Assembly: GCA_002314595.1 (NCBI GenBank) | Contig: DCGP01000041.1 | Coordinates: 273 to 64,272, forward strand | Length of the DNA stretch: 64,000 nt | Direction: 5' to 3' | From: Clostridiales bacterium UBA1775 | GTDB taxonomy: Bacteria; Bacillota; Clostridia; Monoglobales; Firm-18 | Shown: positions 42,561 to 50,977 of the stretch, in pieces | How positions within the stretch are numbered: the first letter of the stretch is position 1 | How the letters are laid out: every line of letters starts with the position of its first letter | Notes under the pieces: model-generated | Seen by the model: only the letters and a program-made list of their open reading frames with translations | The model's database searches: none | Told to the model about the DNA's origin: nothing | Made by a program: the position numbers and the translations under genes

Positions 42561-42948
42561 ATTAACTTAACATACTTTTATGTGGTCTGCACTATTTTTA
42601 CACACCTTGGGGCAGGAAAAATTGTTGCAGAATGGACAAACCTCAAAGTTTACGTCCCGAAGGCGTATGCGATACGCCGAGGGTGTGGTTTGTCCATAAC
42701 ATAAAATGTTAAAAAAGAAAAACGCAAGGTTTACTTGCGTTTTCTCAAAAATTACTAACTTAATTATTAACTTAACAAACTTTTATATGGTCTGCACTAT
42801 TTTTACACACCTTGGGGTAGGAAAAATTGTTGCAGAATGGACAAACCTCAAAGTTTACGTCCCGAAGGCGTATGCGATACGCCGAGGGTGTGGTTTGTCC
42901 GTAACATAAAATGTTAATTTTATGTGGTCTGCACTATTTTTACACACC
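42561..42948. repeat. Structured intergenic repeat family, locus B: two ~152-nt copies (42561-42712, 42765-42917; 204-nt period) plus a truncated third (42918-42948)
   Basis: The copies are near-identical. Each holds the boundary motif GGTCTGCACTATTTTTACACACC and a nested hairpin: ATGGACAAACC 42632-42642 / GGTTTGTCCAT 42687-42697, with inner GGCGTAT 42662-42668 / ATACGCC 42672-42678. A tail palindrome AACATAAAATGTT follows. A hairpin AACGCAAG/CTTGCGTT (42721-42741) lies between the copies. Confidence 0.9.
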
Positions 42949-42953
42949 AAAGC

Positions 42954-43505
42954 TTATTTGAAATATCTTTTTAGCATACCCTCAAAGCCCTTACCATGAC
43001 GAGCTTCGTCTTTTGCCATTTCGTGAACTGTGTCATGGATTGCATCGTAGCCAAGCTCCTTAGCTTTCTTTGCAAGCTCTAATTTACCTGCTGTTGCGCC
43101 ACATTCAGCCTCTGAACGAAGTTCAAGATTTTTCTTTGTTGATGGAGTAACAACTTCACCTAAAAGCTCTGCAAATTTAGCTGCGTGTTCTGCCTCTTCC
43201 AAAGCTGCTTGTAGGTAGAAAGCACCAACTTCAGGATAACCTTCCCTAATAGCTTGACGGCTCATAGCAATATACATACCAACCTCTGTGCATTCGCCTT
43301 CAAAGTTAGCCTTTAAGCCCATATATACTTCAGGGTCAACCTTATCCTTTGCGCCAACACCTATAACGTGTTCGCACACAAAGTTTAATGAGCCTTCTTC
43401 CATAACTGTAAATTTAGCACCGGGAACACCACATTGTGGGCATTTTTCCGGAGCTGAATCTCCCTCGTGAACATATCCACAAACCGGACATACAAATTTT
43501 TTCAT
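42954..43505 (-). CDS. Reverse rubrerythrin (N-terminal rubredoxin domain + C-terminal diiron ferritin-like domain)
   Basis: N-terminal CPVCGY...CPQCG, then the diiron ligand motifs EGECTE and EEAEHA. AAGGAGG RBS. Confidence 0.88.
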   Translation of the reverse strand: MKKFVCPVCGYVHEGDSAPEKCPQCGVPGAKFTVMEEGSLNFVCEHVIGVGAKDKVDPEVYMGLKANFEGECTEVGMYIAMSRQAIREGYPEVGAFYLQAALEEAEHAAKFAELLGEVVTPSTKKNLELRSEAECGATAGKLELAKKAKELGYDAIHDTVHEMAKDEARHGKGFEGMLKRYFK

Positions 43506-43533
43506 AATTAAATCCTCCTTAAAATTTTTATTT

Positions 43534-43560
43534 TAATAATAGTTTTTATTACTATTTATT
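43534..43560. promoter_or_regulatory. AT-rich imperfect palindrome upstream of rubrerythrin (candidate PerR/Fur box)
   Basis: TAATAATAGT-TTTT-ATTACTATTTATT, with the core inverted repeat AATAGT / ACTATT. It lies between the perR stop and the rubrerythrin start. Confidence 0.3.
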
Positions 43561-43565
43561 ATTGA

Positions 43566-43952
43566 TTAGCTTTTACACTTGTTGCAAAGTCCATAGAACA
43601 TTAGGCTGTGTGTATCAACCTTGCCCCCTGATTCCTCCTCAACATCTGCGTAAATATCTGTATCAAGCTCTATTTCAAGGTCTATTAGCTTGCCACAGTT
43701 TTTGCAAATAAAATGAGAGTGCTGTTCCATAATACCGTCGTACCTAACAGATTCGCCATCGCCGGATATTTTGGAGATTTCCCCTATATCTGCCAACATA
43801 CCAAGGTTGCGATATACAGTACCCAAACTAATATGTGGGTATTCCCGTTTTAAGTCTGCATATAACTGTTCTGCTGTGGGGTGGTCTTTTCGGTTTTTAA
43901 TCATTTCCTTTATTGCCTCACGTTGTCTGCTAAACTTGACACTGCTTGACAT
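43566..43952 (-). CDS. perR: Fur-family peroxide-responsive repressor (PerR-like)
   Basis: Winged-helix HPTAEQLYADLKREYPHISLGTVYRNL and Zn sites HFICKNCGK / CNKC. Start at the ATG at 43952 (GAGGTG RBS). The track ORF carries 22 extra codons. Confidence 0.8.
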   Translation of the reverse strand: MSSSVKFSRQREAIKEMIKNRKDHPTAEQLYADLKREYPHISLGTVYRNLGMLADIGEISKISGDGESVRYDGIMEQHSHFICKNCGKLIDLEIELDTDIYADVEEESGGKVDTHSLMFYGLCNKCKS

Positions 43953-44035
43953 TTCAATCACCTCATATTCAGTAATAGTTCCTATTATTATAATATCACA
44001 TATTTTTTTAAATTGCAAGAGTTTTTTAAAAAAAC

Positions 44036-44064
44036 TTGAAAAAATTTTTTATTTGTACTATAAT
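44036..44064 (+). promoter_or_regulatory. Sigma-A promoter of the EamA transporter gene
   Basis: TTGAAA (44036-44041), 17-nt spacer, TATAAT (44059-44064). Confidence 0.5.
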
Positions 44065-44095
44065 TGTAATTGAATTTACTAAAAGGAGCAATATT

Positions 44096-44977
44096 GTGAA
44101 AAAAATTTCTGCTTTACTTATTATATTATCCGGATTTTTGTGGGGCATAATGGGTATATTTACAAAAATAATGGAAGGTATTGGGTTTTCAAGCCCTCAA
44201 ACCTCCTGTGTACGACTTTGTGTTACCACTATTGCAATGGGTATTTTAATATTTTTTAAAGATAAGTCAATGTTTAAATTTGAGATTAAAAATATATACA
44301 TATTTATTTTAAATGGTGTAATTTCCGTCTATGGAATGAGTACCCTTTACCTATACACAATAGTACATACATCACTTTCCACTGCATCAATTTTGCTATA
44401 TACCTCACCTATTTGGGTGATTTTAATATCTACAATATTTTTGCATGAGAAAATCACATGGCAAAAGGCAGTTGCCGTTGTATCTGCATTTATAGGCTGT
44501 GTTATAGTTTCAGGCATGGGCAATTCGTCAAATGCAGGGCTATTTTTCATTCTAACAGGCATAGGTGGAGGAATATCCTACGGACTATATAGTATATTCG
44601 GAAGCATTGCACTTAAAAAGTATCACCCATATACTTTAACATTTTATTCATTTTTATTTGCATCAATAACGGCACTTATTGCAACACCTCCTGCCGGAAT
44701 TGTGCAAGTAGTCAGTGCATCGTCAAATGTTTGGTATACCATAGGTATTATGGTGGCAACCGGTATCGAAACTGCATTTTTGCCATTTTTAGTTTATACT
44801 ATGGGATTAAAGGGTACAGAGCCGGGCAAGGCTGCAATTATGGCTTGTGTTGACCCAATGGTTGCAACAATAACAGGCTTTTTTGTATATGGTCAAAAGG
44901 CTTCCATACTTGGTATAGCCTTTATATTATTTGCAGTATTGTTAGTAAACAACTTTGGCATAAGGGCAAAGAAATAG
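44096..44977 (+). CDS. EamA/DMT-family transporter
   Basis: Ten-TM protein with two EamA halves. GTG start at 44096 with AAGGAG 7 nt upstream. Confidence 0.8.
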   Translation: MKKISALLIILSGFLWGIMGIFTKIMEGIGFSSPQTSCVRLCVTTIAMGILIFFKDKSMFKFEIKNIYIFILNGVISVYGMSTLYLYTIVHTSLSTASILLYTSPIWVILISTIFLHEKITWQKAVAVVSAFIGCVIVSGMGNSSNAGLFFILTGIGGGISYGLYSIFGSIALKKYHPYTLTFYSFLFASITALIATPPAGIVQVVSASSNVWYTIGIMVATGIETAFLPFLVYTMGLKGTEPGKAAIMACVDPMVATITGFFVYGQKASILGIAFILFAVLLVNNFGIRAKK

Positions 44978-44986
44978 CATATTTTG

Positions 44987-45059
44987 CCTTGGTTTGTCCA
45001 ATCTGCACTATTTCATAAAATACAAAAGGAGTTGTAGCATTTTGCTACAGCTCCTTTTT
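44987..45059. repeat. Structured intergenic repeat family, locus C (fragment) fused to the shared terminator hairpin
   Basis: GGTTTGTCC (44991-44999) followed by the boundary-like motif TCTGCACTATTT (45002-45013). Then hairpin GGAGTTGTAGC (45028-45038) / GCTACAGCTCC (45044-45054) + T5. The hairpin differs from the one at 15477-15511 at only two positions, and acts as a bidirectional terminator between the EamA and CDF genes. Confidence 0.8.
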
Positions 45060-45945
45060 AATGATGATGATGGTGGTGATGCTTCGGACTTTTATGAATC
45101 TTACATTCTTCCTCGTTACACTTTTCGTCTACACCTTCAAATTCAACTGTTGTATGGCATATACCGTGTTCGGAAAGCTCTTCCTTAACTTCTTTTTTAA
45201 CCTTTTGTTGGTCGCCGTCGGTAACAATGTGCATAGTTGCATAATTATTAAAACCATCCATACTCCAAATGTGGATATGATGCACATCTTTTACATCGCT
45301 TATTTTTAAAATATGCTCTTTTAATTGGTTAATATCAATACTGCTTGGTGTTTTTTCAAGGAAAATATCCAACACCTCTTTAAGATTTTTAACTGCATTA
45401 ACCAAAATAAATACTGATACACAAATGGACATTATAGGGTCAATAACAGAAATGTCGGTAAACCTCATAATTATTGCACCGATTAGCACAACTGCCCAGC
45501 CTAACACGTCTTCAAGCATATGAAGATTAACTGCCTTTTGGTTTAATGAGTCCCCTTTGTGAGTTATTTTTGCAGCTATGAAGTTTATAATCAAACCAAA
45601 TACTGCAAAAATTATCATACCGTTGTAATTTATTTTAACCGGGTTTAAAAGCCTTAAAACAGAATTGTATATTACTATTACAGAGCCTGCCAAAAGCACA
45701 GTTGTGGTAACTACACTGCCCAAAACAGAGTAACGACCATACCCATAGGTGTAAACTTCGTTAGGCTTGTTTTTGCTTTTTCGTTCTAATCCATAGGATA
45801 TGCCTATGCTTACTGCGTCCCCTAAATCGTGAACGGCATCTGACATAATGGCAACACTTCCAATAAATGCACCACCTACAAATTCAAATATTGAAAAACA
45901 TATATTTAAAACAAATGCTATTAAAATGTTTTTATCTGTTTTCAT
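45058..45945 (-). CDS. Cation diffusion facilitator (CzcD/ZitB-like) divalent-metal efflux transporter with a C-terminal His7 tail
   Basis: CDF motifs HDLGDA (TM2) and HMLEDVLGW (TM5), and a cytoplasmic C-terminal domain. It ends ...HKSPKHHHHHHH. Confidence 0.9.
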   Translation of the reverse strand: MKTDKNILIAFVLNICFSIFEFVGGAFIGSVAIMSDAVHDLGDAVSIGISYGLERKSKNKPNEVYTYGYGRYSVLGSVVTTTVLLAGSVIVIYNSVLRLLNPVKINYNGMIIFAVFGLIINFIAAKITHKGDSLNQKAVNLHMLEDVLGWAVVLIGAIIMRFTDISVIDPIMSICVSVFILVNAVKNLKEVLDIFLEKTPSSIDINQLKEHILKISDVKDVHHIHIWSMDGFNNYATMHIVTDGDQQKVKKEVKEELSEHGICHTTVEFEGVDEKCNEEECKIHKSPKHHHHHHH

Positions 45946-45959
45946 AAAGCACCTTCAAA

Positions 45960-46496
45960 TCAATACTTTTTGTCTTTCAGCATATTGCGAACTTCCCTAA
46001 ATGCCTCGTCCTCTCCACAGTCCTTTAAGGTTGTTAAAAACTGCTTTAACTTTATTGAAGTTTCAATGTGCATGGCATACTGTGCCATACCTCTTTCATA
46101 ATATAGCAATGGGTGAGCATCGGTATAGTTTTCACCTTGGTAAATTTTACTTGCAGCCACTCGGTCGCAAAACATTTCTGCCAAGTACCTTGGCGGCATC
46201 TTAACCGGACTCATCTTTTTAGTTTGAGGGTTATAGTCTGTCCAATATTCAAAATGATGCTTGTTTCTGCCCTTGTGGTGCATCCAAGCATAAGAAAAGC
46301 CGTAATCTGCCCTTTCCCCTTCATTGGGACTGCGTTTGCCTGTATAATATTTTGCACCCTTTAAAAATTCTGTTAATGAATATTTAGACAAATCGTGAAA
46401 AAGCCCTTGAAAAAGTATCCCAGCTTTGGAGCAATGCTTAATAACCATATGTCTGTGTTTAGTTATTGTTTTAAAATGACCTAAAACCTTATTCAT
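45960..46496 (-). CDS. Conserved hypothetical protein (DUF5662-like)
   Basis: 178 aa. HFKTITKHRHMVIKHC...GLFHDLSKYS...HHKGRNKHHFEYW matches my recollection of the DUF5662 family, sometimes mis-annotated as catalase. Confidence 0.55.
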   Translation of the reverse strand: MNKVLGHFKTITKHRHMVIKHCSKAGILFQGLFHDLSKYSLTEFLKGAKYYTGKRSPNEGERADYGFSYAWMHHKGRNKHHFEYWTDYNPQTKKMSPVKMPPRYLAEMFCDRVAASKIYQGENYTDAHPLLYYERGMAQYAMHIETSIKLKQFLTTLKDCGEDEAFREVRNMLKDKKY

Positions 46497-46507
46497 AAAG
46501 CTATCCT

Positions 46508-47521
46508 CTATCTGTATCCGTTTGGATTTTTACTTTGCCAATTCCAAGTATCTCTGCACATATCATCAAGGGTTTTTTCTGCTACAAAGCCAAGCTCTTC
46601 CCTTGCCTTTGTTGGGTCTGCATAGCAGGTTGAAATATCTCCCGGGCGCCTTGGAGCAATTTTGTAGTTAATATCGTGCCCACAAGCCTTTGAAAACGCC
46701 TTTACAATATCCATAACGCTGTATCCCTTGCCTGTTCCAACATTATATGTAACTACACCTACGTTGTTTGTAATCTTTTCAACTGCCTTAACGTGAGCAT
46801 TTGCAAGGTCAACTACGTGAATATAGTCCCTAACACCTGTGCCGTCAGGTGTGTCATAGTCGTTTCCGAACACAGACAAACATTCAAGCTTGCCGATTGC
46901 AACCTTTGAAATATATGGTAATAAATTATTCGGAATACCGTTAGGGTCTTCGCCGATTTCACCACTTGAATGAGCACCGATTGGATTAAAATACCTTAAC
47001 AAAGCAATATCCCATTGATTGTCGGAAACATATAAATCCCTAAAAATTTCTTCAATAAACAGTTTTGTTCTGCCATAAGGGTTAGTTGCGTGTAATGGTG
47101 AATTTTCGGTAATCGGAATAATTTCCGGGTCCCCATATACAGTTGCAGACGAACTAAACACAATTTTCTTAACATTGTGTTTGGACATAATATCACATAA
47201 ATTAAGTGTGCCTGTAATGTTATTATGGTAATACCTTAAAGGCATTGCCACACTTTCGCCTACTGCCTTTAAACCGGCAAAATGAATAACTGCATCTATT
47301 TTATTTTCTTCAAATACTCTGTTTGTTTCCTCATAATTTAACAAGTCGACTTTGTAAAATTTAAAGTCCTTGCCTGTGATTTTTTTAACTCTGTTTAAAG
47401 ACTCCTCACAGCTGTTATCCAAATTGTCTAAAACCACAATGCTATGTCCTGCCTCTAATAATTGAACACAAGTATGGCTACCTATGTAACCTGCTCCACC
47501 TGTTACTAAAATATTCATCAT
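46508..47521 (-). CDS. galE: UDP-glucose 4-epimerase
   Basis: GGAGYIGSH Rossmann motif and catalytic YGRTK (YxxxK). Start at ATG 47521 or 47518 (GGGAG RBS). Confidence 0.9.
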   Translation of the reverse strand: MMNILVTGGAGYIGSHTCVQLLEAGHSIVVLDNLDNSCEESLNRVKKITGKDFKFYKVDLLNYEETNRVFEENKIDAVIHFAGLKAVGESVAMPLRYYHNNITGTLNLCDIMSKHNVKKIVFSSSATVYGDPEIIPITENSPLHATNPYGRTKLFIEEIFRDLYVSDNQWDIALLRYFNPIGAHSSGEIGEDPNGIPNNLLPYISKVAIGKLECLSVFGNDYDTPDGTGVRDYIHVVDLANAHVKAVEKITNNVGVVTYNVGTGKGYSVMDIVKAFSKACGHDINYKIAPRRPGDISTCYADPTKAREELGFVAEKTLDDMCRDTWNWQSKNPNGYR

Positions 47522-47641
47522 ATCAACTCCCATATATTATATAGTATAATTTTAATACAAAAACTTAAAATAGTCAACTTGAAATAACTTAAAATCTGTG
47601 GTAAAATTAAATAAACATTCACTGTAAAGAAGGTAACAAAT

Positions 47642-48112
47642 ATGGAAATAAAAACAAACGTAATGAGAATATTAGACAAAGCTAAAATCAATTATACTCC
47701 CCATTTTTACAACAATGATGACGGAAAAATTGACGGAGTAACAGTAGCAGAGAAAATCGGCAAAGATGTAAACTGCGTTTTTAAAACCTTGGTTACCAAA
47801 AACGGCAGAGATTTTTTCGTATTTGTAGTGCCTGTTCACAAGGAATTAAACCTTAAAAAATGCGCCAAGGCAGTTGGTCAAAAGTCTGTGGAAATGATAC
47901 ACGTTGCAGACATTAACAAGGCAACAGGGTATATTAGGGGAGGTTGTTCCCCAATCGGTATGAAAAAACAATATGTAACCGTTGTAGACGTAACTGCACT
48001 AAATTGCGAAACCATCACATTTAGTGGGGGCAAAATCGGAACACAGGTTGAAATAAATCCAAAGGATTTAGAAGCTATTGTTCCCCTAACCTTTCAATCA
48101 ATTACAGATTAA
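47642..48112 (+). CDS. ybaK: Cys-tRNA(Pro)/Cys-tRNA(Cys) deacylase YbaK
   Basis: 156 aa. YbaK-family pattern (...VFKTLV..., GGCSPIGMKK). Confidence 0.85.
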   Translation: MEIKTNVMRILDKAKINYTPHFYNNDDGKIDGVTVAEKIGKDVNCVFKTLVTKNGRDFFVFVVPVHKELNLKKCAKAVGQKSVEMIHVADINKATGYIRGGCSPIGMKKQYVTVVDVTALNCETITFSGGKIGTQVEINPKDLEAIVPLTFQSITD

Positions 48113-48123
48113 GGAGCTTTAAT

Positions 48124-48885
48124 ATGAATATTGGTCTTGTTTCCGTTACATTTAGAAGGTTATCACCAAAGGAAATAGTTGAGGCGTGTATAAATGCCAA
48201 AATTGATTATATTGAATGGGGTAGTGATATTCATATACCTCCTATGGATATTGAAAATGCCAAGTCAGTTAAAAATTTAACCTGTGAAAACGGCATAAAA
48301 ATATCTTCGTACAGTACGTATTTTTATGCAGGAGAATACGAAAGCCCGGAGGAAGAATTTAAACCGTATTTAAACTGTGCCTGTGCTTTGAATGTGCCTG
48401 TAATACGAATGTGGGCAGGTAGGAAATCTCCCACAATAGCAGACGAGGAATACTACAACAAAGTTGCAAGTCAATTAAAAATTGTATGTAAAATGGCAGA
48501 GGAAAAGGGCATTACAATCGGACTTGAATGCCACGGTAACTGCCTAACGGAAACCAAGGACAGTTGCCTTAAAATACTTTCTATGGCAGATTGCCCAAAC
48601 CTTAAAATGTATTGGCAGCCTGACTTTGTTCGCAGAAGCCACAAGGAAAATATCGATTATTTAAAGGCAATTTTGGATAATGTTATTATTATTCACACAT
48701 TTTACTGGGACAATGAGCGAAACAGGTTCCCATTAGCAGAAGGCGAAGGGCAATGGCTTGACTATGTTAAAATATTAGAGTCTAAAAAGGATATAAAATA
48801 TTCCTTGGAATTTGTACCAAATGATGATGTCTCTTTGTTAAAGAGGGAGACAGACACCTTAAAAAGATTTTTAAAACAGAGGTAA
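48124..48885 (+). CDS. Sugar phosphate isomerase/epimerase-family TIM-barrel protein
   Basis: 253 aa. AP_endonuc_2-like pattern (IEWGSD..., GLECHGN, YWQPD). Confidence 0.65.
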   Translation: MNIGLVSVTFRRLSPKEIVEACINAKIDYIEWGSDIHIPPMDIENAKSVKNLTCENGIKISSYSTYFYAGEYESPEEEFKPYLNCACALNVPVIRMWAGRKSPTIADEEYYNKVASQLKIVCKMAEEKGITIGLECHGNCLTETKDSCLKILSMADCPNLKMYWQPDFVRRSHKENIDYLKAILDNVIIIHTFYWDNERNRFPLAEGEGQWLDYVKILESKKDIKYSLEFVPNDDVSLLKRETDTLKRFLKQR

Positions 48886-48890
48886 AATAT

Positions 48891-50963
48891 TTGAGCTTAG
48901 TAGTAATTTTATGCTTGGGTCTTATGTCAGGAACAATGATAGGTGTATATTATGACATAAATGACATATTATATGCCCTTGTTTATTTATCCCTTGCAGT
49001 TATAATGAAACTTTTACTGTTTCGTATTAAAGACAGAAAATTAGAACACGTATATACCTGTATGGTTATATGCTTTTTTATATTAGGAATAGTAGTTGGT
49101 AAAGGATATTCCCTGCATCTTTTTAAAGATGTTAGTAAGCTATACGGAACTAAAACAGAAATTAACGGAACAATTACAGAGCATAAAGGAAGCAAGCTTG
49201 TTGTAGAAAGTGAAGGCAAAAAATATACTGTATTTGTTACACAACCTATGGAAGAGCCATACTTTGATAACGAAATAATAAATGTTGTGGGAATTTTAGA
49301 GGCGCACCCTAAAAGCCAATTTAACGGTGATAATGACGAATATTTCCAAGAGGGACTTCACAACAATTTAGGCATTTTCAAAAGCTCAAAGGTTACGAAA
49401 ATAGGGTATGATAATAGCCTAAGTTTAAGAAGAATAAGCACAGATTTCCGAAATTTGATTAACAGCAGAATAGACAGATATGTAGACGATAACAACAAAG
49501 GTCTTGTAAAGGCATTGGTTACGGGAAGTACCGTATATTTAGAGGACGAAATAAAGGATAATTTTGCAAATATCGGTATTTCTCACTTAGTTGCCGTGTC
49601 AGGATTGCACCTTGGAATATTTTTGTCATTTTTTGCATTGCTAACTGTAAGTGCATCTCGAAAAAAGTGGCTTAAAACCTTATTAACCATACTGATTATG
49701 CTACTTTATGCACTGATAATAGGTGAAAAATCGTCATTTTTCAGGTCTGCAATAATGGTATTTGTAAGCATAATGCTACGGCGCAGAGCAATAAGCACAA
49801 CCCCTCTTGTAAGCCTATCCGTAGCAGGTGCTTTAATATGCTTGCTAAACCCACTATACATTACAGATGCAGGGTTTATGCTTTCATTTTGTGCAACCTT
49901 AGGTCTTACGATTTTTGCAAACAAGTTTAAGCATCAATATATTGCAGTGCCTATTATTGCAACGTTGTTTTTGCTGCCACTTACAATTTATTACTACAAT
50001 ATGATTTCGCCAACCTGCATAATTGCAAACCTAACAATATTGATTTTTGTTCCGGCAATTATACTATTTGGATATTTAAGCTGTTTGATACCACCTTTGT
50101 GTGTTATTGTAAACATACTTGCCAAGGTTATAACATTGATGTCATCATTTATGGCACGGGCAAACCTCTTAAAATTTGAGCTTCCGTCACCGGGTATTAT
50201 GCAGTTTGCAGAGTGGATTTTCATAATCCTTATGGTCTATAACTTTTTAACATACAAAAGGATTAAAGAAACGCTGTTCATTGCATTTAACTTTATACTG
50301 TTTGTTTGCTTTTGTGTAGTGTGTATTCCACACCTGACAGAAACTGAATTTCATAAGGTTAAGGTTTTAAATTCAGGCACATATAACACTCTGCATATTA
50401 CAACCGAGGACCAAAACAATGTAATAATAAACTGTGGATATGATACTGTCGCTTACTTGGAAAAGTCAGGCATAAAGGAACTTGATATAATAATTGCCAC
50501 GGAATATAATATGTTAAAACCTACCGAGGAAGTTTGCAAGGCTGTTAAGGTAAAAACAGTTATTTTGCCTCTATCCCTAAAAGAAAAGAAAAAGGATATT
50601 GAAAGTTTAAAGATTTTATATTATAATCAATTATGTCCAATAATTGAACACAAGGACTTTAATATTTGGGCAGACCACAGAATAGGATACAAAAGTTTAA
50701 TTGTCAGTCTGTATAACAACCGTATATGTATACCGATTAACACTAAAAAGATTGATACAAAGCATTCATTTTCGTTAATGTGTGTTCCAAATGGTTGTAC
50801 GGATTGCGAAAAATATTTTAGCAGACTAAATTGCGATATTTACTTGCACCCATCATACTATTACAAATACTATGATAGTCCAAACAAGTACATTACATCA
50901 AAAACAGGTGGTTTGACAATATATTTTTTCAGATACAAAAATCCATATATACTCTATAAGTAA
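48891..50963 (+). CDS. comEC: DNA internalisation competence protein ComEC/Rec2 (C-terminal metallo-beta-lactamase motif apparently degenerate)
   Basis: N-terminal DUF4131-like OB region, then a polytopic competence domain (GISHLVAVSGLHLGI). The C-terminal domain lacks an HxHxDH-type motif. TTG start; comEC-holA order. Confidence 0.8.
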   Translation: MSLVVILCLGLMSGTMIGVYYDINDILYALVYLSLAVIMKLLLFRIKDRKLEHVYTCMVICFFILGIVVGKGYSLHLFKDVSKLYGTKTEINGTITEHKGSKLVVESEGKKYTVFVTQPMEEPYFDNEIINVVGILEAHPKSQFNGDNDEYFQEGLHNNLGIFKSSKVTKIGYDNSLSLRRISTDFRNLINSRIDRYVDDNNKGLVKALVTGSTVYLEDEIKDNFANIGISHLVAVSGLHLGIFLSFFALLTVSASRKKWLKTLLTILIMLLYALIIGEKSSFFRSAIMVFVSIMLRRRAISTTPLVSLSVAGALICLLNPLYITDAGFMLSFCATLGLTIFANKFKHQYIAVPIIATLFLLPLTIYYYNMISPTCIIANLTILIFVPAIILFGYLSCLIPPLCVIVNILAKVITLMSSFMARANLLKFELPSPGIMQFAEWIFIILMVYNFLTYKRIKETLFIAFNFILFVCFCVVCIPHLTETEFHKVKVLNSGTYNTLHITTEDQNNVIINCGYDTVAYLEKSGIKELDIIIATEYNMLKPTEEVCKAVKVKTVILPLSLKEKKKDIESLKILYYNQLCPIIEHKDFNIWADHRIGYKSLIVSLYNNRICIPINTKKIDTKHSFSLMCVPNGCTDCEKYFSRLNCDIYLHPSYYYKYYDSPNKYITSKTGGLTIYFFRYKNPYILYK

Positions 50964-50977
50964 AGGAGGCGTCAGCA

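Noticed and set aside
45058-45081. The His7 tail as a cloning or expression-tag artefact.
   Set aside because: There are no linker, protease-site or vector sequences. The stop codon is embedded in the native terminator hairpin shared with the repeat family. His-rich tails are common in CDF transporters.
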